Positions 24,321 to 37,401 of a DNA stretch of 64,000 nucleotides are shown here, in pieces. Position 1 is the stretch's first letter. Every line of letters starts with the position of its first letter. Origin of the DNA: Dendrobates tinctorius (taxonomy: Eukaryota); the NCBI RefSeq assembly GCF_039654945.1, contig NW_027361694.1:16244001-16308000 (forward strand), read 5' to 3'. Under the pieces are notes generated by a model. That model worked only from the letters and a program-made list of their open reading frames with translations. It was not told the DNA's origin and searched no databases. A program made the position numbers and the translations under genes.

Positions 24321-27290
24321 GCTATAACAACAAAACAGTTGCTAGAACTAGTGATTATCTATCAGCAAAGTATTTTTGAACAGCAGATCAACAGGCACTG
24401 GGGGGTGAGGTCCCTTTAATTACCAATCTCTAAAGTTACAGATCTACATTAGTAAAGAGAAGCCAGATAGAAAGAAGCTGTATTATGTTCTGGGACAGTC
24501 ACTCTCTAACTCAATACTGGATGCTTGTCTGCTGTGGGTTTGATCGGTGCAACTAGCGGGAGGCTTGCAAGCCACAAAAGGCCACAATGTAGCCAACTGA
24601 GTATTTCTGAATGGCCAGAAATTGGTGTGCCATGTACGCAGCAATATCATTGTCCCAAACTACTCACTTATGCAATAACCTATGTATCCATGAGCCAGTG
24701 CTTGCGTGGTGGGTTTCTCTGTTGCTTTAGTTTAACAGTATAGATTATTAATTTAAAAAAATGTAATAAAATAAAACATACAAGAGTGCTTGAAATGGCC
24801 AAATGCATTTACTAGGAAAAATGATCCTGTTTGCACAGCACGTCTTCTGCAGGATATTCTATTTAGCCTGCAAGAGACACCCAATTCATTAGCCCCAGAG
24901 AATAGGGTCTGCAGTACAGAAACAAGATCATTGACTGTAGAAAAGCAAGGCCCATCCAAGTGAGAGTGTCACAGAGCCATGAATGGGGGGATAGAGCCAG
25001 CTGGCTAATGTGCCTTCCTGACCACACTCAGCACTAACCCTGAACTGATTAAACACTTCCTGCAAGAAATTCTCACACATTGTGAATATATTGGTACTGT
25101 GTCAGAAAGTACATCTACAGAGTAGTATAGAAAAGCGCCATCATGAAAGAGAGAAACACACACAGATGGTAAAATAAACGTGATTTACAGGAAGTTTAAT
25201 AGCCTCAACCAAGAAACCCTAGCTAGAGTTCTGAAATGTATCCAGCCATAAAGTCCTATTAAACAAAATAGTAAAGGTCACATGTACAATAACATTTTCA
25301 TTAATAAGCAGGAATCATACCCAATCGCTACTGTCAAAAGTAAAAAAGCAGATCTATAGCGATATTAAATTATGGTGTGATGAGAGTATTTTTAGAGATC
25401 GCACAGGAAAGTATAATCTTCAGACACAAACATCTGTCTTATTTGAAGATTGATAGCGGGACACTAAAAATGTATATTCCATAAATCACTTATAAGATGT
25501 AACCAGCACATTCTTCTAGAATTTATTAAAAAAATTGACAAAACAATATAATTTTATGGTGAAAAATGTTTCCAGTACAAAAAAAGGACCCATCAATTAA
25601 GTCCAGTACCACAATTACATGTTGCTAGTTTCATGGCCGTTCTCAGTGACTAGCCCTTATTTTTATTCCTATGTTTCCGGCTCTTTTCACGCTGTTTTTT
25701 ACCCCTTCTGTTTAAAGCAAAACACTGGAAACGTGGAAATCTGTGATGGATTCTGTACAGAGGCATCAAAAAGCGATAGTAGTCCCACAGTTTAAAGGAG
25801 AAAAATACAGATACTATTTTGTTTGTAAATGCCACTTTATGAGAGCGAAACCTGATGCCATGTAAAAGTGGCGCAAAGGACAATTTGTACAATCTAGTTC
25901 ACCCTCTATTTGGCTCTTGATAATACTTGTCATGGAAAAGTCACTGCTGCGCAATGTGCTGTATCCAAACACACAAACACGAAGATGTCCCAGCCAGTTC
26001 AGGGATCATGAAATATCTGTCAAGTCTTTATTACAGCATAATTAAATATCGGTCTAATCCAAATAATAATTATAGCATTTTCCATTGGAAATACTAAATT
26101 GTTCAGACAGCAACATTATGGAAGTGCCATATTTCGAGTTAAATAGGCATGATGTTTTTATACAAATAATTTACAAGACTTGTATCCTTCGCAATGTTAA
26201 ACACTGACAGCACACACACACAGATCAGGGGTGGACATACCATAGCTGCCATCTGTGGGGCTGCACAGGGGCCCTAGAGGTAAAAGGACCCATTTCCACC
26301 CTTCAAAGCAGACGTAATTGTGCCTTATGATGAGCTATTGGGCTGCAAAGGGCCCATATATTGTTCTTGCACAGGGGCCCTTTTCTGTCTGTGTCCGCCA
26401 GAGGTATGCCACCTGTGTGCACTTTGTTTTTTTTTTTATGGACCCAAAGATTTGTAATAGGCACTCTTCATCCGTACAGCCGGAAAAAAAACGGACATGT
26501 CCCGGGGAGTTTTGTACAGAACCACAGATATGTTCACAGCCCCATAGACTATAATGAGTACATGTTGCATCTGGGAAAAAGACAGAATACGCACATCTGA
26601 ATGAGGCCTTAGTAAAATACACACCATAGATCACAAATTATATAGAACACTTTTGTCCAATTTGGCCATACATATATGTTCTAATAACCCATGGGTGCGC
26701 TCTAGTGATTTTGCAGGTGTACTTTAAATGTATCCCAATGGTATTTTGTCCATCAAGGGATTAAGGAACATCAGATGGCATAAAATATTCTTCAGCACTA
26801 TGAATAAAGAAAAATCTGGATGGCATAAAAGCTCAGAATTATGTATAAAAGGGAGAAATATTCTATTTCTTTTTCCTGTGGGAAATTAACAAGACACCAC
26901 AAAAAAGGAGCCAAGAGAGAGACAAAACTCAATGCTGAAACAGGGACCTTCCAGAGTTCCTACAATAATACATCACAGAACAGGCCGCTGCAGCAGATTA
27001 ACAGATGGATACAACCACTCAGGTCAACACTTCAAAAAGAATCCATAGTGAGTGATGAAAAGCTCATAAGTCACAAATCCTCACAAAATTACCACTTTTT
27101 AGAATGTTTAACTTATTCTGAATCTGTAAAGGATAAAAAAGGAAAAAAAAAAAAAACATCTGCGCATCTCATTTCTTAAGATCTTCTGACCTCCAATATC
27201 TATTCTTTGCAGGTCAGGTTAGCACTATGTGAAGCTGCTATTGGTTAACCCCTCAATGACCCAGACATTTTTTGTAGTTTTGCGTTGGGG

Positions 27291-27575
27291 AATGAGGAAT
27301 ACAGTGGTACAAAGTCCGCACTGCCCAAGGTTCCAAAACTGCGTCACACACGGAGGTGAAGCATGAGTGCGTTTGACAACGCATTTCAAGGTTTACAAAC
27401 CTCTTCATTAGGACGAAACCACAATAATAAGGTCTTATTATTTTGGCTTCGTCCTAATGAAGAGGTTTGTAAACCTTGAAACGCGTTGTCAAACCACACT
27501 CATGCTTCACCTCCGTGTGTGACACAGTTTTGGAACCTTGGGCAGCACGGACAGTGTGCCACCGTATTGCTCATT
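27291..27575. mobile_element. Penelope-derived inverted repeat with a hammerhead relic in each arm, inside a piggyBac-type fragment starting at 27249
   Basis: Arms of about 140 bp centred near 27432; plus arm has CTAATGA-AG-AGGTTT(gt)AAACCT-T-GAAA-CGCG-TT at 27454-27487. Confidence 0.7.
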
Positions 27576-27791
27576 CATTGCATCAAATATATTTTCACTT
27601 TTTTAATTTATTTTTTAAAGGGGAAAATGAGCATGATTTAAACTTTTACATTTTGTATTTCTTAAAACATTTTTGTTTATTTTTACTCTCTCAATGGGAC
27701 TTAAACTTGTACTGTTGTATTGCCATATGTAGTGCAATTGCAGTGCTCATATCAAGCCTAGTCTATGGCCGAGTTTCACAGGAGAACTTAA

Positions 27792-28816
27792 AGGGGTTGT
27801 CCGGGCTTTTCACATAATCTCAGTACATATCTGGGCTGCAGAATTATGACAATAAGTAATTTACTTTCTGTCACTAGTTTGCACGGTTTTCTAGATATTC
27901 TGAACAGAACGTCCAAGGGGGGGGGGGTGTTATGGCATTGAAATGAGAACTAGTCGTAACCTCCTACTCTACTCCAAACATGCCCTCTATAGCAACAACC
28001 CCACCCTCCATAGCTACAGGCCCTCCCCGTCTACATGAAGAAGCCTCATCACACAGTAACAAATCCTCCCCCTCTAGCAGCCTCACTGCAGAGAGCAGAC
28101 CACCCAGCTGCTCCTCCCCCAGACACACCCTGAACAGTGATCTATGGAAAGTGAAACTAGTGAGGAGGGAAAATCGTCCTGTATTCTGGGACAGGCTGTT
28201 CCCATCAGTATTTGTGTCATTAGAGACACAGTGCACACACATACACTGCACCAAATCTGCTGCTGTGTGAAGACATCAGTGACACAGAGCTGTCTCATTC
28301 ACACATCAGAGGCTTTGTCACACAACAGATTACATCAGTGACTACCATCCCCTATGCAGATTAGAAGCTGCAGACCCCCATCACTGGCCATCACAGTCTG
28401 TTCTCACTGCTGCCAGCAGCCTGGGACAGTGAGGGAAGGAATTACTGATAATGAGTTATGTATAGTCCTGTATTCTGGGCCACTCCATGATTACAATACA
28501 TAACTCATCAGTAATTCCTTCCCTCACTGTCCCAGGCTGCTACAGACACTGTCAGGTTGGCACCATTATACTGATTAACTGATTTCTTTTTTTAAGACAA
28601 TCAGAAGAACAGCAAACAAATTAATTATACACACAGTACATATGCAATCAGTCTGCAGCACAGGCGCAAACGCTGGCACCTGCCTGCAGAAGGTGTTTTT
28701 TTTCCCAAGATATATGTAATATTCATTATGCAAACTAGGGGCAGGTCACTGAGGGATCAGTGATCTGTCAGAAGCCATACTGTGTTACTGTGCACAATCC
28801 TGCTGACCGGTTCCCT
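27792..28816. mobile_element. Rearranged Kolobok/T2-type MITE sequence
   Basis: Begins TTAA-AGGGGTTGTCC and ends GTTCCCT-TTAA; internal inverted repeat at about 28416-28540; may be two fused elements. Confidence 0.5.
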
Positions 28817-29847
28817 TTAAAGAGGTTGTCCACTGCTATTTCATTGATGACCTATCCTTATCTAATACCTATTAGATGGCTGTCAGCTAAGTGATTGTTC
28901 GACCAGCAGCTGTCATGGCTGGTTCTCCCATATACATTCGGCTGAGCCCTCAAGTGTTCCAATTGAGAGAGCCATTGGCCGACATGTCTGGTGACGGCCT
29001 ACCTCCGGTAGAAAATACAATCGGCAGTCTGAAATCATATAGGCCAAATTGATATTTTCCCTGACAAATTGTTGGTATTGGTGGATTCAGCTGACATGAA
29101 TCTAATGTGTATGGTGGTGGGCTTATGATGGTAGTCACAATGGCCTTAAGCATTAAAATGACCTGTGTGCCCTTGAAAACGGAGCACACTCCATGTACCC
29201 CGCAGCAACCTGCAATGATAATGTACGCCACAGGCCGAGTGGATTTCTCGGCTCTCCTGACTCATGTTTGTGGTAGTAGACATTTGCTTTCACCATAAAC
29301 AACCATTCTATGATATTTTCTAACAGGTTTCACTGAATAAGTGTACAACTGCGATGAAGCAATTCCCCTTTGTCAATTAGGCATGTGTTTTCACAATCCT
29401 GACACGCCCTATTATAACCTATATTCTAACAGTCTTGGAGCATGCAGCTCGGGCAAGCCGCTGGCCTGTCATTCTCTATATACGTAACAGGGGCAAGCTT
29501 CAATAAGTAATATGTAAGTCATTTATTGATTGACGATGTTAAACAGTAACATACATGTATTTCTATAGGATTGAGTAATAGGTAACCAATATCTGCATCA
29601 TGCAGCATATATAGTAGGTTACACCAATTTTTGTTTTCTTGTATCCTCTATATAAATACTTTTTAATAATCTTTAAACTGTCTTTGTTTGTGATTAATAA
29701 GGCCTGCGTTTCGTGGTCCACCATTGTGTTACTCTGTTTGATAGCCACATTTTAAATAAAATTTTAGAGACTATAAACACTACATAGTATTCTGTGTTGT
29801 AGGCATAACAGGGGCAAGCTTTCAGGTGAGGGCAGGTAAGCCATCAA

Positions 29848-32800
29848 CCCCTTCACGCAGCAGCCCATTTTCGTTTTTGCGTTTCAGTTTTTCGCTCCCC
29901 TTCTTCATTTTTCCGTCAATATGGCCATGTGAGGACTTGTTTATTGCCGGACAAGTTGTATTTTTGAACGACACAATTGGTTTTACCATATCGTGTACTG
30001 GAAAATGGGAAAAAAAATTCCAAGTGCTGTGAAATTGTAAACAAAGTGCAATTCCACAACTGTTTCTTGGTAGTTTTTTTTTTTACCATGTTCACCTAAT
30101 GCTAAAACTGACCTGCCAATATACTTCTCCAGGTCATCACAAGTACGCAGATTCCAAACATGTATAGATTGTTTTTATTTAAGTTTTGAAAAAAATCTGA
30201 AGTTTGTCTAAAAATTGTGTCATTTTCCGAGATCCGTAAAGTCTCCATTTTTGTGATCTTGGGCTGATTGAGGGCTTATTTTTTGCGTCCCGAGCGAACA
30301 TTTTTATTGATACCATTTTGAAGTAGATATGATCTTTTGATTGCTCATTATTACATTTTAATGCAATGTTGCAGCAGTTATGCAGTTTTGATTTTTTTTT
30401 CGATCAGATTAATTCTTGATCTTGATAGATCAGGCAATTCTGAACACGGCGATACCAAATATGTGCTACAGCCCTGCTTTAGCCTTGCTCTATGTAGCAG
30501 AAATGCTCACTTGTTATGAGCGCCGACAGCTGGTCAGGGTTTATAGCAATCCGGCTGTGACAACCACATGGGTGTTTTATAGACCCCGGGTTGTCATGCA
30601 GACCCAACGGCAACCCGTGGTCATGTGACACCGGCGCCAATGGGTGTTGTTAGTGAGGCGCTACCGGCGTGATCACATTAAATGCCGCTGTCAGAGTTTG
30701 ACAGTGACATTTATCAGGTTAACAGCCGTGGGTGGATCATGTTTCCACTTACGGCTGTTAGGGGAACATGTCAGCTGTTCAAGATAGCTGACATGTGTTG
30801 GGAAAGATGTGGGCACCGGCGCTGACAGAGACACGAAATGCACAGTTACATGTACAGCGCATGTCGTGAAGGGAGCACTTTGAATCCCCAGGTGCTTCAC
30901 AGAAGTTTATAACATAGAGCCATGAAAACTAAAAATCTAATTTTTCCCACAAAAATATTCTTTTAGCCCCAAATTGTAACGTTCTTTTAGCCCCAAGGGA
31001 ACAAGAGAAAATGCACTGCACAATTTGTTGTGCAATTTCTCCTGAGTTCACCGATACCCCATATGTGGGGGAATACTACTTTTGAGGCACAGGGCAAAGC
31101 TCAGAAGGGAAGAAGCACCATACAAGATTTTGCTGGAATGGTTTGAGGGTGCCATGTCACATTGACAGAGCCCCTAAGGTGCCAGAATAGCAGAACCCCC
31201 TGCCCATAAACGTCATTTTACAAACTATACTTCTCAATGAATTCATCTAGGGGTGAAGTGAGGATGTTGACTTCTCCCGAATATCCCCCATCCTCTGTAA
31301 TTCTGTGCCTCAACTCGTCCGTTTATCCACCACCCATCTCTTCAAAAAAGCTAAAAACCTGCAATGACCACAAGGCCACCTGAACACCATCGGAGCTACT
31401 GAAACTCTCCACCTATTGTCTTCTTTCCAATTATCCTGTAGCATGTAACCCCGCAAAAGCAGGGTCCTCTCCCCTCTGTACCACTCTGTCACTCTTAGTT
31501 TGTTCTCTGTAATTTATATCTGTATTTTTATGTAACCCCTTCTCATGTACAGAACCATGGAATCAATGGTTCTATATAAATAATAATAGAAAAGAAAATA
31601 ATAATAATAATAATAATAATAATGTGAGTCATAGAAATTGATATCATTGGGTGATGAAGAAAGAAGAATTAAATTTTGACCGCTAAAATGTTGTTGTTTT
31701 AGTCCCAAATGTTTAATTTTTATAACGGCTAATAGGAAAAATGGACTTCACAGTTTGTTGTGCAATTTCTTCCGAGTGCGCCAATACCCTACATGTAATC
31801 GGGAACTAGTTTTGAGGCACAGTAGAAAGCTCATAAAGAAGGAGCACCATATTATAGTGTAAATTTTACTGTTACTGTTTGCGAGTGCCATGACCCACTG
31901 GGAGAGCCCCCTGAGATGTCAAAACAGCAGAACCCCCATAAGTGACCACATTTTACAGAGTTCACCTCTCAATTAATTCACCTAAGGGTGCAGTGATCAT
32001 ATTGGCACCACATGTGTGTGAGAGAGTTTTATACCTTTGGGCAATGAAGAAAAAATATTTACATTTTTATCACAAAAATGTTGTTTTAGCCCCAGATTTT
32101 ACATTCGCACATGGGAAAATTGGTAAAAATGGCACGAAAATCTGTCCCACAAGTTTTTTTGACGGATCCGCCGAATGAAGAATTTTAAAGGAACGAGAGA
32201 GAGAGAGAATGAATTTTTTCTGTCTGCCAGAAATGATTTCAGGGTTAAATTTCTTCATTCCTCCGGGCATGCGCACTATAAAAGTGCAGATATTGCAGCA
32301 CAAAAAAACGTTACATGGTCCGTCCAGGCATCTCGGCGGACGCTCAAAAATTAACGGATCCGCAGAAAAAGGATCCAATGGATGGCCATCCGTCAAGATC
32401 CGCCGGTAGTGCAAATCAAACGGGGGAAAAAACAGATCCGCCAAAAAAAATGGCAGATCCGTTTTTTTGCAAAAACGGCAGATTTTGACTGATGGTCAAA
32501 AACGGAAGTGTGAAACAGGCCTTAGTCATATGGCGAGACTCGAGAGGGACGGAACACTATTTGCCTCCTGGAGCGCAGATTTTCCTAGAATAGTTTGCAG
32601 ACTCCATATACCAAGCTACTAAGTGCTAGAAGAGCAGAATATGCCCTGCAAGTGAACACATTTTGGAAATTATACCCCTTTGGAAATTTATCAACAGGTG
32701 TAGTGATGATTTGACTCCATGGGTATTTTTCTGAAAGCAGCAGCAGTGGAAATTGCAAATCTGCTATTGTAGTTCCTATACATTGTAGTGCCCAGTACGT

Positions 32801-34748
32801 TATGCCCAGGTTATGCTTCTGGAGAAACGCACCCGTAAATTCGGTGGGCTCTCATTGCTATAGAAATGTCAAACATGTGGACGCTAAATGTGGTTTAGGC
32901 ACACTGTGGGACTCAGAAGGTAGAGGGGCATTTGGCTTTGGGAGCGCGGAATTCCCTGGATTTCTTTTGTGGGACGGGGAGCCATAGCACTTTCCCAGAG
33001 CCTTTTTACTACCAGTAATGTGGAAGCCCCATATATTTCCATTGACAGATAACGGATCTGAGTGAGGTCTTGCTTTTTTGTGGATTAAGTTGAAGCTTTA
33101 ATTGGGAACATTTTACATAACATTTGGAATCATATTTATCCGGCGCTCTATGCTGAGCACTCACTTTGGGGTTTCCACCTAAATCTCTGAGTGACATGAT
33201 CCATATGAAACTATAGAGGGATCCATTCACTATAATGAGGCAGAAGAGTTGCTCTGGACTCCATCTAGTCTCTGTTTAGTGGTGTCCTTCTTTTCAGAGG
33301 TACACAAACCTATGATCGACCACACTTTTATGCAATCCTAAAAAGATGAGGACACAGCCGGATTATAGGCCAAACAGCATCCCACAGTGTCTCCATCTGC
33401 CTCATTATAGGGAATCTTCTGCCGTGGGTTCCATCTGAATCCCGTATTTCATAGATTTACGCGAAACCCCGTGCTCAGCGCAGAACAAACGTGAACCGAG
33501 CCTTACTGAGATCTATGGAAGGCAGAATGAACAAATCATCAGCAGGTGAAGAATTGGTTTTTATATTTTTATGCCATTCCTTGTGCAGAATAAATATTTT
33601 AGCAACTCTGTTTTTTTTATGTTTGGCTGATGTCACGCATTAAAAGACCCTTTTTATTGGAAAAACCTTTTTTGCATCGCCATATTTTAAGAGCTATAAT
33701 TTTTCAATATTTTTGCTGACAGAGTGCTTGTGAGGACTTGTTTTTTGCAGGAGTTGACGTTTTTATTTGCACCATTTTTGGGCAAATAACATTTTTTGAT
33801 CGCTTTCTTTTCCAATTTTTGGGAGGCACAATGAACAAAAACCATCAATTCAGGAATTTATTTTTTTTTTATGCTGTTTCACGTCTGGTAAACTTGATAA
33901 GGCAGCTTTATTCTTCGGGTCAGTAAAATTACAGTGAGATTTTGGTGCTATTACACAATACAAACTATTTTATGGAAAGATTAATTATTTTTGCATTGCT
34001 GTATTCTGTGAGCTATAACTTCATTTTTCTGCTGATGGAGCTGTATGGTGATTTTTTTTTGCGGGACAAGATGATATTTTCAGCAATACCAATTTTTTAT
34101 CTACATTCGTCTTTTTGCTCGCGTTTTATTCCACTTTTTGTCCGGTGTTTTAATGAAAAAGTATAGCTTTCCATTTTATTTTATTTTTTTACGGTGTTCA
34201 CTGAAGGGTTTAACTAGTGTGACCGTTTCATAAGATGGGTTGTTCTATATGCGGCGATACCAAAAATTTTCACTTTTTCCATAAAATACCTTATTTATGG
34301 GTACAGTATTTATATATTTTTTTATTTTGTTATTTTTTAGATTTTTTTTTTTTTTACTTAAGTCCCACTATGGGACTTTAACTTCCATAGCTTTGATCGC
34401 TGTTATAATGCATTGCAATGCATTACAACTGCCACTCCAGCTCTCACACAAGCTTCATAGACCATACTGGTCCATCAAACTTGCTAGTGCCTGATGACCC
34501 ACTAGTTATCATGGCAACGATCGGGCCCTCTCAGGAGCACCGGAGGCAAGAGGGAGCCCCTCTGTCTCCCTGCCTTTTAAATGCTGTGATCGATATCGAT
34601 GGCAGCATTTAGGGGGTTACACTGCTGCTCCTGGCAATGAGCGCCAGGTGTCAGCTGTCATGTCAGCTGAGAACGTGGTAGCGATCGTGAATGCAAAATC
34701 CCCATGACGTATCCATATGTCCAAGGTCAGGAAGTCGTCATGAAGGGG
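29848..34748. mobile_element. Old composite of piggyBac-type non-autonomous sequences
   Basis: TCAA-CCCCTTCAC ... TGAAGGGG-TTAA; 30874-33030 contains diverged reverse-strand relatives of the 373/389-bp repeat; 33640-34748 resembles 53490-57698. Confidence 0.7.
31272..31623 (+). mobile_element. 3' end of an L2/CR1-group LINE with (AAT)n tail
   Basis: TTCAAAAAAGCTAAAAACC...TGTACAG...CTATATAAATAATAAT...(AAT)n. Confidence 0.7.
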
Positions 34749-34858
34749 TTAAGGAACACTGGTAAGTTCAGGCCCCATGTCTCAAACTTTTCAAAATGAC
34801 TGGAGAAGTCTAATAGGCTCTAATACATCAAAGCGATTACGCTAAATTTCAGGTGTAA

Positions 34859-35579
34859 GGCTATGTGCACACGGTGCGGATTTTGCTGTGGAATTTTCCG
34901 TGTAGATTTTGCTAAATCTGCAGGTAAAATGACCTGCATTTTACCTGCAGTTTTAGTGCGGATTTCCCCTGCAGTTTTCACCTGCAGATTTCTATAATGG
35001 AGCAGGTGGAAAAATGCAGCAAAACCGCACAAAAGTAGTGACATGCTGCTTCTTTTATTCCGCACCAAATCTGCGCAGAAAAATCTGCAGCATGTGCACA
35101 GCGTTTTTTGTTTTACATAGCCTAAGGCTGTGTGCACACGCTGCGGATTTTGCTGCGGTTCCGCAGCGGATTTGGCCGCTGCGGACCTGCAGCAGTTTTT
35201 GCTGCGGTGTACAGTACCATGATTCCCTATGGGAATCAAAAACCGCAATGCAGACGGTGCGGATTTTTCCGCGCGGATTATCTGCGGTTTTCAATCCGCA
35301 GAAAGAATTGACATGTCAATTCTTTCTGCGGATTCTGCTGCGGTTTGCCATCTCCTCCATTGAGGAGATAAAAAAACGCAGGGCAAAACCGCAGAGCAAT
35401 ACGCAGGTAAAACCGCAGGTCTTTTGACCTGCGGATTTTACAAAATCCGCACGGATGAATCCGCACCTAAATCCGCAGCGTGTGCACACAGCCTTAAATG
35501 GTGCTTTACATCACGTGCAGTTCTGCAGGGCCAAATCTGCTGTAGAACTGCACAGAATCTGCACAGTGTGCACAGGGCC
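34859..35579. mobile_element. Harbinger-type MITE hosting a second MITE
   Basis: TAA-GGCTATGTGCACAC ... GTGTGCACAGGGCC-TAA. Confidence 0.75.
35126..35493. mobile_element. PIF/Harbinger-type MITE (same family as 9244-9586, inverted)
   Basis: TIR GGCTGTGTGCACACGCTGCGGATTT; flanks TAA/TTA. Confidence 0.85.
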
Positions 35580-37174
35580 TAAAGCGCTCTGAAAAGTCTC
35601 AAAAAATGTTGCACAATATGGAGCTGTGCAAAAATTTTGCAGCTTTTGGCATTTTCACACCAGTTTCACCCAGCTCTGCCAAAATGGGTGACACTGGGGC
35701 GGGACGGGGGGATGACACAGAGGTTCATCTAATTTATAACAGCATGTCTGTTTACCTTGCGGAGACGCTCAGTCTCGGCAAGGTAAATAACCCGGTCTAT
35801 GAATGCGATGCGGTTATACCGCATGTGTTCAATGAGCACATCCGGAATCATCGCGCGAACAGAAGGGGGCAGGGCTTCGGGTGGAGCGGGCTTTCCGCTC
35901 GGTCCAAAGTGCAGGCAATGCGCTAAGTGGAAACATACCTTTAAAATGAGAGACGCTCCTGATTCTTTGATGGGCGCACGCTACTAAATTAAGAGTGTCT
36001 CACAAGTTGTTTGCTCCTAGTCACAAATCTTTCTCAAGTCAGGGGCTGTAGAAATATTTATTTTTAAAAAAAAAAAATACACCACAGCTCTTCATGAATT
36101 AGACAAGTTATCACACCCTGTCCCACTCCTGCTCTGTCCATTTTGTGGACATGTAAATGCCAAAAATCACAAAAGTTATTACAACTCCGCACTGCTCAAA
36201 AATGTTGCAACTTTTCAATGCGTTGATAAATTGGGGCCATAGTGTTCTGAAAACTGCTCTGTGATGGTCAACTTGGCATCCTAGACTGAAAGGCAGCTGT
36301 AATTGCCGAAGACTGGCAGCTTTTACATATCTTGCGGATGCAAAATTAAATGTTCACATGCTGTTTGCAGGTATAGACTTATGCCATTTACCCCTGTTCC
36401 ACATAAAAAATCTGGCATTTGGAGAATATACTCACCAATTGTCATTTCCCAAATCTGGTGAGTAAAAAAAAAAAAGTCAACCATTATAGCTAAAACGTTG
36501 CACCTTAGCATGTGAGACAAAGCAGCACAGTTACTAGTCAAAACTGCTCAATAAATGTGGACCGTTAAGATTAATTGTTTTGGAGTCTATACCAGCAATT
36601 CAGATTTTTCGTATACCTTTCATGAAACATTGTGCACGTGTGAAACCTTCAGGGAGCAACAGCATTTAACTAAAGGGGTTAAATCAGTAAAATGTATGTT
36701 GGGAAGCAGACAGTAGAAATGCTTAGCATTTCAATAAAGATTAGCTTTGTTTGTCTTGTCTACAGTGAGGGTTGTTATAAGCGCTGAGAGCAAAAAAAAA
36801 CATTCTCTCTGCTGACTCGCTTCATCTACTTGCAAAGTTCTGCATCTGCAACTTGCTATGCATTCGCTTTTGTAATCTGCCCTATTAAAACAGATCTTGC
36901 ATTAGTAAAACATGCTGACAATTTGAGGAATGGATACAGGTGCAAGGATTTTGTCTACAAAGGCTATACTAATTATGACATTTGAAACATTATTAGTTTT
37001 AATGTATATGAAAGAAGAAAACAAAACATAACTAACAAAAACCTCACTAGAAAACAATTATTCAGTAGCGATGCTGCGGAAAAGCCCTGAAATGTACCTG
37101 TTACCACTAATTGGGCTGATCTAACATTATGGTCAATAAAGCCTCAACTCTACTTACAGGCAAGAACAGCAATA

Positions 37175-37401
37175 CAGGGTGTGCCATTTATATGGATACA
37201 CCTGGGTGGGCCATGTATATGGATATACCTAAATAAACTGGTTGGTGATATCAACTTCCTGTTTGTGGCACATTAGTATATGGGAGGGGGAAAACTATTC
37301 AAGATGGGTGATGACCATGGCGGCCATTTTGAAGTCGGCCATTTTGGATCCAACTTTATAAATGGCCCACCCAGGTGTATCCACCAAAATGGCACACCCT
37401 G
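37175..37401. mobile_element. Tc1/mariner-type MITE
   Basis: TA flanks; about 45-bp TIR CAGGGTGTGCCATTT...GGATACACCTGGGTGGGCCAT. Confidence 0.85.
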
